Positions 20,667 to 29,395 of a stretch of DNA of 64,000 nt are shown piece after piece. The stretch is from a virus (taxonomy: Duplodnaviria; Caudoviricetes). Positions within the stretch are counted from its first letter, which is position 1. Each line of letters opens with the position of its first letter. Location of the stretch: positions 1 through 64,000 of IMG/VR virus record IMGVR_UViG_3300029288_000075; one strand, 5' to 3'. The notes beneath the pieces were generated by a model. The model was not told where the DNA came from. It searched no databases and saw only the letters and a program-made list of their open reading frames with translations. The translations under genes and the position numbers were made by a program.

Positions 20667-23600
20667 CATTGGCTACACAACAGCACCTGGAGACTACCAA
20701 GACTACACGTACTCGTCGGTGCTGGTGGCTACGAAGCTTACGGCGGGGGCCGACGGTAATCTACAGAGTCTGTCGTTGTACATGCGGGGCACTGGTGGTG
20801 GCAACATCACTATGGGGCTGTACAGCCACGATGCGGGCAACAACCGACCTGGGACGCGTCTTGCCACTACGGCGTCGGTAGCGTGCTCGGTCACCAACGC
20901 GTATCAGACGATTGCGACGACGACGAACCCGGCAGTGACATCTGGCACGGTGTATTGGATTGTCTACGAGCATTCGACGGACGCGGCGAATCTAGTCGAC
21001 TACGACTTGGGTGTCACCGGGGCGTATTACGGATATGCTTCGCAAGCGTACGGGGCATTGCCAGCGACGTGGCCAGGAGCATTTGCCGGGTCGCAAGATC
21101 AGCTGGCGATAATGGTGTACGGGACGCTCTCGTCAGAGACTCCCAACACTGGGTCTGCGGCATTTTCTCCGTTTGCTGCTTCGGGCGAAGGTACGGTTGG
21201 AGAACCCCCGATACCCTTCTGTGCTGAAGTTTCTACGGTTGCTTCGGGGACGACGAGTGTCACGGCGAACATGCCGGCAACTCGAGAAGCCAATCGGATA
21301 CTTGTCGCTTTCCTTGAGTCAGCAAACCAGGCGATTTCAGTTTCGAATGGCAACGGACTGACGTGGGAGGAAACCTACGCGCAGCAAGGTACGGGCACCG
21401 CTGGCGGTACAGCAGCAACGCGTCTTGCCGCATACTGGGCTAGAGATGATGGGACATCGGGGGCCCCAACATTTGCATGCACGTCCGGAAACCATGTTTG
21501 TGTGTCTATTGCAGCCTTTGTAGGCTGCGTTGAAAGTGGCAGTCCAATCCATGTGTCTTACGGGAGCGTAAAGACACCTGCCTCGACGTCAGTGTCGATT
21601 CCGGGAGGTACTACAACAGTCGACAAGTGCTTGATTGTAGCAGCAGCGTCGAAACAGACGGATAGTGCAGCCGCACAGTTCTCTGGCTTTGGAAATTCCA
21701 GCCTTGGGGGTGTCACCAAGATCATTGACGGCGGCACTACGACAGGCAATGGCGGAGGATACGCGGTAGCCACCGGCACTCTGGCCACTGCTGGCACATT
21801 CAACGCAACCACGGCTACGGGACCAAGTTCGACGAACGGTAACATCTCGTTCGCGCTGCTACCCAAAGAAACGGGCGGTCCGACGGGTACAGGTACTGCT
21901 GCATTTAGCCCGTTTGAAGCAGCTGGCACAGGCGGAGTTTCGGTAAGTGGTGTTGGTAATGCGGCGTTTTCATCTTTCGCGGCAGATGGAAGACAGTCTC
22001 CTCCTCCGGTGTCAGGCACAGGGACAGCCGCATTTTCTCCGTTTGCTGCAAGTGGTACTGGCACAGTCACGCCCACTGGTGGACAAGTCCAAGTAGACCT
22101 GCTTGGAGATCCGCTGGCAGCGACGGGCACGACGTTCTATGCGGACTATGGCCCTTGTGCGTTTGTTGATGTCATCACTGGCGACCTTGTTTGGATTCAA
22201 GACGACGGTGGAACGTCTTTACTTGTCTATGTGCAGACGGGTCAAGACGTCGCTCCAGCGCTTGTTGCCACGGTCATAACGTCTCTTGGAGGGATAAAGG
22301 CCTGCGCGCAAGGGTCCACTGGCACAGTGCATGTGTGCGGAGACTATGCCGGTGGGTTTCAGTACTCTAGACTGACGCTGACCCGTAGTGGTGACCATGT
22401 TACTGGCGTCACGTCGGCAACAGCCCCGTTCGGTATGCCAACGATGAACAACTCTCTTGGCGGAACGCCTTGGAGTTGCGCAATGGCAGTGATCCCGAAT
22501 GAGGATGGGGTGGAGCGCGTATTCGTAGCGCGCCTTGATGGAAGTGATTCGACGCAGTACTGCGCAGCTGTTACGCATGGGCCAATTACGGCGTCAGCTA
22601 CAGCAGATTTTACTACGTTGAGTGGGACATCGAATGCGTGGACGAAGTTCCCAACGCAAACAGCATCGGTGAATGTCGGGGTACCGTATTGCTTCAGCAT
22701 ATCCATTGAGCGCAATCAGAGCACTGGTAGCGACTTTTTTGTAACGTGTGGTGCCTCTTCTCGAGGAGATGTCGCCAACTACGCTTGTTCGCTTGTTGGG
22801 TTCTTGTGCACGGCAGATTCCGGGACAACTTGGACAGTCAACACCGGAAGTCCTCGTACGCTCGCAGCAGAGAGCTACGAGTCGATGTGCGGAAATTCAT
22901 GCCGTGATGCCGACGGCAACGCATACTTTCTGTGGACTTCGCGCAGCAGCGATTCTGGGCCGGTTACGGTTGGGTTGTCCAAGGTTGCCGCTGACGGTAC
23001 GTTCACGGCGAACTGGATTTCGACCACAGCAAGTTATGGTGGAGAGATCCGCGGGTATCCAGCGGTGTGTAGTGACGGAACGGTTATCCTGGCGTTAGAC
23101 CCTGGAGATACGGGTGCTTCGGGGACTCGTCCTGAAATCAAGGTCTACTCGAAGGGTGCATGGCACTCGTACTGGGGAGCTTCCACGCAATGGGGGACGC
23201 TTGGGTGGGTTACCCATGGGTCGCGAGGATGGGTAGATGGCCTTCTCTGGTCGGTTGGCGATAGCGCGTATCCTGCGCAGAGTTGCCTAGGGTCCGTTCG
23301 TAGGCGCACTGGCAGCGAGGTCGGTGTCTTCTACACGAACTACTCTGACCCATCAGTTTCAAGCGCAGGTGGTACAACTACCTCGCCAACGTATCCTGAT
23401 GCAGTTCCGGATGAGAACACTCAGTACGTACTTGTCACAGGACAGAAGCCCTCTACGGCCAATGGCGGCACCATCACGCTACCAGAGGGCTGGACTGAGC
23501 GCGGTTCAATCTCTGGAGCAGGTGGGTATGGAGAAACGCTTGGGTCAGGCACCGGCAACGTAAATCTGAAGATAGGAACCCTCGATGCGCCGACGGGAGA

Positions 23601-24105
23601 TGAGTCCGGTCCTGTCAATGTAGGACTGAGCGTAAACAACGTTGCGTGGTCGTTGATGGTTCGCGTCGACAGCATGGGTGGTACTTGGGGGTACGCTTCC
23701 ACCACCGGCAGTGATGAGACCAGCGGGTCTGCCTTGTCGGTCACCTATGGTGACACTGTTGATCTAGCTCCCGGAGACTTGATTGTAGTTGGGTGGTGCC
23801 AACCGACAAACGTGACCACTCGCTTTACAGCTCCTACTTTGACGGCCGAGGGATTCACTTTCGGTCGGGTCACCACCGTAGCTAGACCAACTTCCCCGAC
23901 TGGAAATACAATAGGCGGGTTGGTTTGCTTTGCTCGCGTGCTGACGGGGAGTGGGGCTGCCGCTATCACCTTTGGGGCAGTTGCGGGCGGGGTCACTACC
24001 AACGTTCGAGGGGGGTCGGTCCTTGTTAGGTTACGAAGGCAGACTACTCCCGCCGTCCGCAGGTCTGCGTTTAGCGTGCGGTGTCTGGTCAAGTGTCTGC
24101 GCTAG
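20659..24105 (+). CDS. Multidomain tail fibre/adhesin-like protein, 1148 aa
   Basis: T/S/G-rich beta domains separated by repeated AAFSPFAASG linkers. Confidence 0.65.
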   Translation: MADIGYTTAPGDYQDYTYSSVLVATKLTAGADGNLQSLSLYMRGTGGGNITMGLYSHDAGNNRPGTRLATTASVACSVTNAYQTIATTTNPAVTSGTVYWIVYEHSTDAANLVDYDLGVTGAYYGYASQAYGALPATWPGAFAGSQDQLAIMVYGTLSSETPNTGSAAFSPFAASGEGTVGEPPIPFCAEVSTVASGTTSVTANMPATREANRILVAFLESANQAISVSNGNGLTWEETYAQQGTGTAGGTAATRLAAYWARDDGTSGAPTFACTSGNHVCVSIAAFVGCVESGSPIHVSYGSVKTPASTSVSIPGGTTTVDKCLIVAAASKQTDSAAAQFSGFGNSSLGGVTKIIDGGTTTGNGGGYAVATGTLATAGTFNATTATGPSSTNGNISFALLPKETGGPTGTGTAAFSPFEAAGTGGVSVSGVGNAAFSSFAADGRQSPPPVSGTGTAAFSPFAASGTGTVTPTGGQVQVDLLGDPLAATGTTFYADYGPCAFVDVITGDLVWIQDDGGTSLLVYVQTGQDVAPALVATVITSLGGIKACAQGSTGTVHVCGDYAGGFQYSRLTLTRSGDHVTGVTSATAPFGMPTMNNSLGGTPWSCAMAVIPNEDGVERVFVARLDGSDSTQYCAAVTHGPITASATADFTTLSGTSNAWTKFPTQTASVNVGVPYCFSISIERNQSTGSDFFVTCGASSRGDVANYACSLVGFLCTADSGTTWTVNTGSPRTLAAESYESMCGNSCRDADGNAYFLWTSRSSDSGPVTVGLSKVAADGTFTANWISTTASYGGEIRGYPAVCSDGTVILALDPGDTGASGTRPEIKVYSKGAWHSYWGASTQWGTLGWVTHGSRGWVDGLLWSVGDSAYPAQSCLGSVRRRTGSEVGVFYTNYSDPSVSSAGGTTTSPTYPDAVPDENTQYVLVTGQKPSTANGGTITLPEGWTERGSISGAGGYGETLGSGTGNVNLKIGTLDAPTGDESGPVNVGLSVNNVAWSLMVRVDSMGGTWGYASTTGSDETSGSALSVTYGDTVDLAPGDLIVVGWCQPTNVTTRFTAPTLTAEGFTFGRVTTVARPTSPTGNTIGGLVCFARVLTGSGAAAITFGAVAGGVTTNVRGGSVLVRLRRQTTPAVRRSAFSVRCLVKCLR

Positions 24106-24255
24106 CAGGGTGACGTGCTACCGGCCTTTGGTTCGTCTAGTGGCAGCGGTTGAGAGCTGCCGGCGCCGCTTTTGTGAGGGAGTTCTCGTCCCTTGAGCGC
24201 CTTCCGGCTAAGATGGTGAGGTGCACGAGGTAGCACGAAAGGTAGTCTAGGGAGA

Positions 24256-24801
24256 ATGAGTGGTTGGGCCATCACCGTCGAGAAGCAGGTCACTGCCTTT
24301 CCCCTGTCGTTGAATCTGCAGCAGGAGGGAGTAGGGGGGATCTCGGGCAAGCAGCCCACGGTGCAGGTGCGTCAAGGGAGCACCTTGAATAGCTACCTGG
24401 ACTTTGCCGACAACGCGTTCAAGACGGCAGGCTGGACCACCAAGACAGTGCCCATGAGCGAAGTGGGCGATGGTAACTACCAGCGTCCATTGAACATCGC
24501 GCTCTTGTCGGTCCAGAAGGGTGATGTACTGGTGGCTGAGTACCATGTGGACGACGGAGGCGACGTGGTCGGGTCTGCCACAGACTTGCTCATTGTTACG
24601 GAGCTCGGGGCCGACCTGGCTTTCGTTCGCAAGTCGGTCACCAACCGCATGGCCACCTTTGCTGGGTCTCCTGGTACGCTGCTGCTGTTCGATGACGACG
24701 ACACCACCGTGATCGGGCGCTGGGAGCTTCGAGATGAGGCCGGCGGCGGCATCGTCGCTACGGTGGCTACGCCAGCGAAGAGAGGCAAGAACCTGGTATG
24801 A
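24256..24801 (+). CDS. Putative virion protein
   Basis: GGAG RBS; MSEVGDGNY and LLLFDDDDTT segments. Confidence 0.55.
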   Translation: MSGWAITVEKQVTAFPLSLNLQQEGVGGISGKQPTVQVRQGSTLNSYLDFADNAFKTAGWTTKTVPMSEVGDGNYQRPLNIALLSVQKGDVLVAEYHVDDGGDVVGSATDLLIVTELGADLAFVRKSVTNRMATFAGSPGTLLLFDDDDTTVIGRWELRDEAGGGIVATVATPAKRGKNLV

Positions 24802-25025
24802 ACCTCCGGCCGGACTATGTGTCCTTGGGGTTTTTTCTGGGTGTTGGGTGTTTGAAGCTCACGCGCGGTTTGGGTCCTTGCACAGGCGTGCCGTTGGTCC
24901 CTGAGGAACCCGTGCATGCGCGCGATGGCGGGGCAGCGCCGTACGCTCGAGCAACGCAGCCAAAGCAGCCCACTGTGGTTGGTGTAGAGATCCCAGGCAG
25001 AGGGGCTAAAAAGGGCACAGAGTAG
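24798..25025 (+). CDS. Small hypothetical protein
   Basis: ATGA overlap; last gene of the + block. Confidence 0.4.
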   Translation: MNLRPDYVSLGFFLGVGCLKLTRGLGPCTGVPLVPEEPVHARDGGAAPYARATQPKQPTVVGVEIPGRGAKKGTE

Positions 25026-25028
25026 GTA

Positions 25029-25058
25029 GCTACGGAAAAGCGCCTGTGGCGCCCTTCC
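25029..25058 (-). terminator. Intrinsic terminator
   Basis: GCGCC-ACA-GGCGC hairpin then TTTTCCGTAGC. Confidence 0.55.
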
Positions 25059-25063
25059 TTGCC

Positions 25064-25336
25064 TCACGCAGCTCGTTGTACTTCTTCCCCGTTGCTACTT
25101 TGGTAGTAGCCGGTGGCTACGAAGACGGTTACGAGCCACCTGTTCGTTTCTTCTTCTCCCAGGGCTTTTTCCAGACGTGCCAGGCAGTGCAGGTCGTCTG
25201 CGGTCAGCCAGCGAGATAGAGCCAAGCTGAGAGCCATGTTGGTACCTGGCAGCATACGGCCCGTGTCACGGTCCTCTTGAATGGCGGCAGTTATTCGCGC
25301 AGCAAGGGTGTTCTTCAGGGTGGTGAGATGCAGCAT
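25064..25336 (-). CDS. Small hypothetical (putative early) protein
   Basis: GGAGG RBS; own promoter motif and terminator. Confidence 0.65.
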   Translation of the reverse strand: MLHLTTLKNTLAARITAAIQEDRDTGRMLPGTNMALSLALSRWLTADDLHCLARLEKALGEEETNRWLVTVFVATGYYQSSNGEEVQRAA

Positions 25337-25344
25337 GGAAGTCC

Positions 25345-25383
25345 TCCTCTACCTATCTTATCCCCGAAATTGCGGTGAGTTTT
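25345..25383 (-). promoter_or_regulatory. Phage-specific promoter motif A
   Basis: AAA-N16-GGGATAAGATAGGTAGAGGA; 19/20 identical to motif B. Confidence 0.7.
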
Positions 25384-25388
25384 CGGTA

Positions 25389-25428
25389 GCTAAAGAGAAG
25401 CCAGGGTCTTCAACCCAGGCTCCTCCCC
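25389..25428 (-). terminator. Intrinsic terminator of the replication block
   Basis: GAGCCTGGGT/ACCCTGGCTT imperfect hairpin then CTCTTTAGC. Confidence 0.55.
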
Positions 25429-25438
25429 AGCGGTACAC

Positions 25439-25624
25439 CTAACCGCTGTTTCTCGACCGCGCTTGAATACCCCTAACCACTGACAGCAAGCACGATAGGA
25501 AGTGACTCAGGCTGCTTTGTAGAGGTACGTGCGAAGTGCGGAATGATGTACTCTCATGTCCGCAGCCAGCGCAGTACCACGACGCCCCATCTCTGAGTAT
25601 CTTCCCGTTGCACAACGTACTCAT
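25439..25624 (-). CDS. Small Cys-containing hypothetical protein
   Basis: AAAGG RBS; WYCAGCGH. Confidence 0.4.
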   Translation of the reverse strand: MSTLCNGKILRDGASWYCAGCGHESTSFRTSHVPLQSSLSHFLSCLLSVVRGIQARSRNSG

Positions 25625-25668
25625 GACGACCTTTCTGTCTCTGCGGGAGTACGTTTCTCTTACTAGGC

Positions 25669-25827
25669 TCAGTCAACTTGCAGAGCGAGAACTCGTTGTA
25701 GTAGCAGGTCGTGGCTCGGGTCATCCTGGACAAGAACGCCAAGGTCTTTGGCGAAGACCCGCAATGCGGTGTACGAGAGCTTGTGCAGCCTTCTCTCGTC
25801 GACTTCCACCACATCGCGGGTGCCCAT
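25669..25827 (-). CDS. Small Rho-N/HEH-like protein
   Basis: LHKLSYTALRVFAKDLGV helix-extension-helix pattern; ATG 25827. Confidence 0.5.
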   Translation of the reverse strand: MGTRDVVEVDERRLHKLSYTALRVFAKDLGVLVQDDPSHDLLLQRVLALQVD

Positions 25828-25859
25828 TCTGACGCAGTTAGGCCAGGCCTCGACCTCTA

Positions 25860-26705
25860 CTATTTTCCCTTGGCGGCCTTCTTCTTCTTTCCTGCTGCTG
25901 CCTGCAGATCCTTGATGCGCTGAGCTGCCTGTTCGAAGCTCTTCAGGCACTCCTCGTAGAAGGTGTCTTCATCCGTCTGCAGCACGTTGCTGCCCACGGT
26001 GGACATCATGGCAATCAGCAAGCTCTGGAAGCCATGGTTGAGGTTGAACTGGTCTTCTATGACGCTCAGGCGGCCCTTGATCTCCTCGAGGTCACCGAGG
26101 ATTGCTTCTGCGGCCTTCACGCTAGAAGGCGCAGTTGTCGTCGCGGGCTTGCCCACGGGTGCACGCTCGGACGGTTTGGCTGCGACCGGAGTACGCTCGG
26201 CAGGCTTGGACTTGGCGGGCTTACGGACGGGCTCGTCATCGTCGTCATCGTCATCATCGTCGGGCTCGTCGTCCTCGTCTTCGTCGTCCTCATCATCGTC
26301 ATCATCGTCATCGTCGTCATTGGCGGGCTTACGAGCGGGCTTGCCTTTGGACTTGGCGGGCTTACGGGTGGGTTCGTCGTCATCGTCTTCGTCCACCTCT
26401 TCCCCATCGTCCTCGTCATCCTCCTCGTCATCGTCGGGTGGGGGTGCCTTCTTGCCCTTCTTGTTGACTGGGGTGCGCTCCGGTTCGGGCTTTTTGCCAC
26501 CCTTCTTGTCGTTCCTCTGCAGGGCTTTGAGGACCCGTTCGGCCTGCACTTCGATGGTCTGCTTCAACCAGGCGTTGCGTGCGTTGACATCGGCCGAGTC
26601 ATAGATGCCGAGCTCTTCAGCCAGCATTCTCAGGTTGAAGCGGTTTGCCTTGACGAGTAGTTCTAGGTCACGAGGTGCGGTGGCTACATTCATTGCGGTT
26701 GGCAT
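25860..26705 (-). CDS. Disordered protein with alternating acidic/basic blocks
   Basis: Poly-D/E tracts alternate with RKPAKSK repeats; helical termini. Confidence 0.75.
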   Translation of the reverse strand: MPTAMNVATAPRDLELLVKANRFNLRMLAEELGIYDSADVNARNAWLKQTIEVQAERVLKALQRNDKKGGKKPEPERTPVNKKGKKAPPPDDDEEDDEDDGEEVDEDDDDEPTRKPAKSKGKPARKPANDDDDDDDDDEDDEDEDDEPDDDDDDDDDEPVRKPAKSKPAERTPVAAKPSERAPVGKPATTTAPSSVKAAEAILGDLEEIKGRLSVIEDQFNLNHGFQSLLIAMMSTVGSNVLQTDEDTFYEECLKSFEQAAQRIKDLQAAAGKKKKAAKGK

Positions 26706-26712
26706 CTGCTTA

Positions 26713-27108
26713 CTATCTCCTTACCTTGTACTTCTTGATCTGAATCAGGTTGCTGTCGTTCAGGCCCTTGACGCATGCAATTACTTGCATGTCTACGCAT
26801 CCGTAGCATGGTTTTGGTTGGGGGTTGACGGGATCTTTCATGTGGCGGGCGGGGCAGGTGATCTGCGTTTCTATCTTCTTCCAATGCTCGTTGAAGAAGG
26901 TGATGAAGGCATCCCTCCAAGCGTCTATTGGGTACTCTCCGGGACGATACGCTGGAGGGTCTTCAACGTCTTCGAAGTAAGCCAGCAGTTTTCGGGTGGA
27001 CTCGTTTGGTCGGACTTTTAGCCCCGCTACTGCGCAGCTCTGAAGTAGCTCTGTCCGGTTGCATCGTCGGTAGAGCGATTCCGACGCTGTCGATGGGCGA
27101 TCCTTCAT
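26713..27108 (-). CDS. Cys-rich hypothetical protein
   Basis: CNRTELLQSC; C-terminal CPA...CYGC...C; start uncertain because it overlaps the RusA-like tail. Confidence 0.55.
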   Translation of the reverse strand: MKDRPSTASESLYRRCNRTELLQSCAVAGLKVRPNESTRKLLAYFEDVEDPPAYRPGEYPIDAWRDAFITFFNEHWKKIETQITCPARHMKDPVNPQPKPCYGCVDMQVIACVKGLNDSNLIQIKKYKVRR

Positions 27109-27517
27109 CTTCAATGCTCCATATCCAGATGTCGGTTTTCTCTGCGGTACCTTCTACCTTGCTGGCAGCTACCGTGAAGTAGTGGGAGTCGTCGACAGCC
27201 GTCACGTCTGCCAGTACGTCTTCCATGAGCTTGATACGGTTGGTGGCGTCGGTCCTCTTGTACCTGGTCTTGGCTGCCTTTGGCCAGGTGTCATTCACGA
27301 GGTCCGTCATGGTGAAGCGAAAGTATATGGCGTACGGCTTGTTTGGCACCATCGACTTGAGAGCAAAGGCGTAGTTTTGCGTCAAGTAGGAGGTGGCGTC
27401 AGTCTTGAACCTTCTGCCTTCCGTGGACAGAACCCGCTTACTTCCTTTGGGGAGCTTGATGGTGATATAGGCGTGGTTGGTTGAGATAGGCACGTACGGC
27501 ATCTGGAGGTGTATCAA
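26963..27517 (-). CDS. RusA-like Holliday junction resolvase
   Basis: PISTNHAY...DATNRIKLMEDVL...VDDS matches the RusA DxDN-xxK-xxxD-DD pattern. Confidence 0.65.
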   Translation of the reverse strand: MIHLQMPYVPISTNHAYITIKLPKGSKRVLSTEGRRFKTDATSYLTQNYAFALKSMVPNKPYAIYFRFTMTDLVNDTWPKAAKTRYKRTDATNRIKLMEDVLADVTAVDDSHYFTVAASKVEGTAEKTDIWIWSIEDEGSPIDSVGIALPTMQPDRATSELRSSGAKSPTKRVHPKTAGLLRRR

Positions 27518-28143
27518 AACCGACTCCTAGGCTCTCGCTCGTTGGGGATCCCGCGCCGACCCTGGATGTTGCCTGCCCGGTTTTGGTTTTCGAAGTCTTG
27601 CCTTCGAATTTCCACCTGGCGGGATATCAGGCTGTTGTAGGCGGTTCTCCCTTTTACCACCCCCTCGAGGACAGTGAGTACGGAAGTGAGGAAGGCCTCT
27701 TTGTGGGCAAGCTCCTTGTAGCGTGGATCCTCACCAATTTCATCTTCCATCTCCAGGCTGCTGGGTGGTTTTGGTGCTCCGCGTGCGTTGGTGCGCTTGC
27801 ACATTTTTCGCATGTTGATGCGGATGCCGCGGGCGATTTCCTTCATCTCTGCCGTGACCAGGATCTTTTCAGCCTCCAGCACGGCTTTGCGTTGTTCCAG
27901 GAAGTCTGCCCACTCGATGTGGCGCAGGAACGTTTCTGAGTACTTCTTGCCGTCGGTGGTAGTCAAGTCCTTGGCGGACAGTGTTGGGAAGGGGGAGTCA
28001 GGTTCTTCGGGGGTTGGGCAGCCCACGCCGCGGTAGATGTAGTCCATTACGACGCTGAAGTCCCAGCGCTGTCGGATTGCCTCTTCGGCGCTCTCCCCTA
28101 GTCCCACTACGTCACTTTGAAGTTGTAGACCGGTGTGGCTCAT
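27514..28143 (-). CDS. Coiled-coil protein (UvsY-like recombination mediator?)
   Basis: Long helices; EDEIGEDPRYKEL and LISRQVEIR; recombination context. Confidence 0.45.
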   Translation of the reverse strand: MSHTGLQLQSDVVGLGESAEEAIRQRWDFSVVMDYIYRGVGCPTPEEPDSPFPTLSAKDLTTTDGKKYSETFLRHIEWADFLEQRKAVLEAEKILVTAEMKEIARGIRINMRKMCKRTNARGAPKPPSSLEMEDEIGEDPRYKELAHKEAFLTSVLTVLEGVVKGRTAYNSLISRQVEIRRQDFENQNRAGNIQGRRGIPNEREPRSRF

Positions 28144-29057
28144 GCTCCGTTGTTCCTTGGTGTTCGTATCCCTGCTGCTCCGAAGCGCTTGCTTTTCTTC
28201 TCCGCGGCGGCTCTTTCCTTCTTGTACTGCTCGCTGCGAGCTTTACGTTCTAGGCAGTGCGGTTGGCAAACCCACGAGTATCCGCAGAATTGGCAACATA
28301 TGTCTTCGGTCCTTGGCGGGGGCTTGTTGACGACTGACAGGTGCCTTACTTCCTTGGTCTCGGCTTCAAGGACGTCCCAGAGTTCGTTGTCGAAGGCGTA
28401 CAGGTAAGGATGGCGGCTGTCGACAACGTTCTGGTTTCCTTTGTTGATGTACATGGTCCACATCAGTGGGACGTCCAGGCACTTCATGTAGACGCATGTC
28501 TGTCTTCGGTGTGTCTCCTTTGGCTCCTTCAGCTTTGCGTATTCATCAGGAGACTCCGATTTGATCTCCAAGCCAACACGAATGATGGTGGCCCCGTACG
28601 GCCGCTCAAGGAAGGAAATGATGCCGTCACAGCTCGAGTGGATGTCGTAGTCGTTGGCGATGTCCTGCAGGGAGGGGTCAATCCGAACTTCCTTGGAGAA
28701 CGTCATGAACCCATTGCTCTTTTCGCAGAGACGTCGCCAATCCTCCTGGATCATGGCGTGGTACATGTGCCCTATCCGGAATCTCTTCTTCCAGAAAGGC
28801 GCCAGGTTGGCCTCCTTGCGGGTCTCCCCCTTCAGCGAGTACCAGGTCTGCCGGCGGCACATGCCTGACATCTCAGAGGCGTGTAGCCCGCCAGAGCGAC
28901 TTTTTGCCCCATGCCACCCAGCCACAAAGGCCACGTCTTCGTCGTCATCTCGGATGAAGTTGTCGTACATCTCTCCGAGTTCACTGGCCATGTTGATGTA
29001 CCTGGCTAGCAGGTCTGGCGGTTGTTCTTGTAGGTCTGAGATGGAAACGAGGCTCAT
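28140..29057 (-). CDS. Cas4-like PD-(D/E)XK exonuclease with Fe-S cysteines
   Basis: HASEMSGMCRR, IGHMYH, CDGI...LEIKS, QTCVY, C-terminal CQFCGYSWVC; ATG 29057 with GGAG RBS. Confidence 0.8.
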   Translation of the reverse strand: MSLVSISDLQEQPPDLLARYINMASELGEMYDNFIRDDDEDVAFVAGWHGAKSRSGGLHASEMSGMCRRQTWYSLKGETRKEANLAPFWKKRFRIGHMYHAMIQEDWRRLCEKSNGFMTFSKEVRIDPSLQDIANDYDIHSSCDGIISFLERPYGATIIRVGLEIKSESPDEYAKLKEPKETHRRQTCVYMKCLDVPLMWTMYINKGNQNVVDSRHPYLYAFDNELWDVLEAETKEVRHLSVVNKPPPRTEDICCQFCGYSWVCQPHCLERKARSEQYKKERAAAEKKSKRFGAAGIRTPRNNGA

Positions 29058-29059
29058 CG

Positions 29060-29395
29060 CTACTCCTTGGTCTGTTGGGCTAGCCAGGCTTCGTATGGGA
29101 TGCAGACCCAGTGGTCGTCGGTGCGCCCGTGCGGGTCTACGAAGGTGATATCGAGTACGGGGGTTTCGTCGAAGCTGCACTCGCCGCGTATTTTGTCGAG
29201 GATGGCGCGGGTCACGGAGAAGGACTTGTTCCGGGTGAACTTGCACTCTGCCCTGAATTCGCCCTTCTTGTGGACGTCACCCTTGGCCCACGGGAGGCTG
29301 CCGGATCCTTTCTGGACCCTACCTCCCGTGTCGGTTGCTAGGCGCTGCTCTTGTCTCCTCGAGCGACGCTTGTTTGCCTTGGAGGTACTGAGCAT
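29060..29395 (-). CDS. Hjc-type Holliday junction resolvase/PD-(D/E)XK nuclease
   Basis: QEQRLA...GSGS...KGDV...ECKFT motifs; TAATG coupling. Confidence 0.7.
   Translation of the reverse strand: MLSTSKANKRRSRRQEQRLATDTGGRVQKGSGSLPWAKGDVHKKGEFRAECKFTRNKSFSVTRAILDKIRGECSFDETPVLDITFVDPHGRTDDHWVCIPYEAWLAQQTKE

Noticed and set aside
25963-26660. Long + strand poly-Ser and poly-Val/Ile ORFs
   Set aside because: Antisense shadows of the GAC/GAT repeats in the acidic protein gene
28140-29057. Cas4-like gene as evidence of CRISPR-Cas
   Set aside because: No array or other cas genes seen; solo Cas4-like nucleases are common in phage recombination modules
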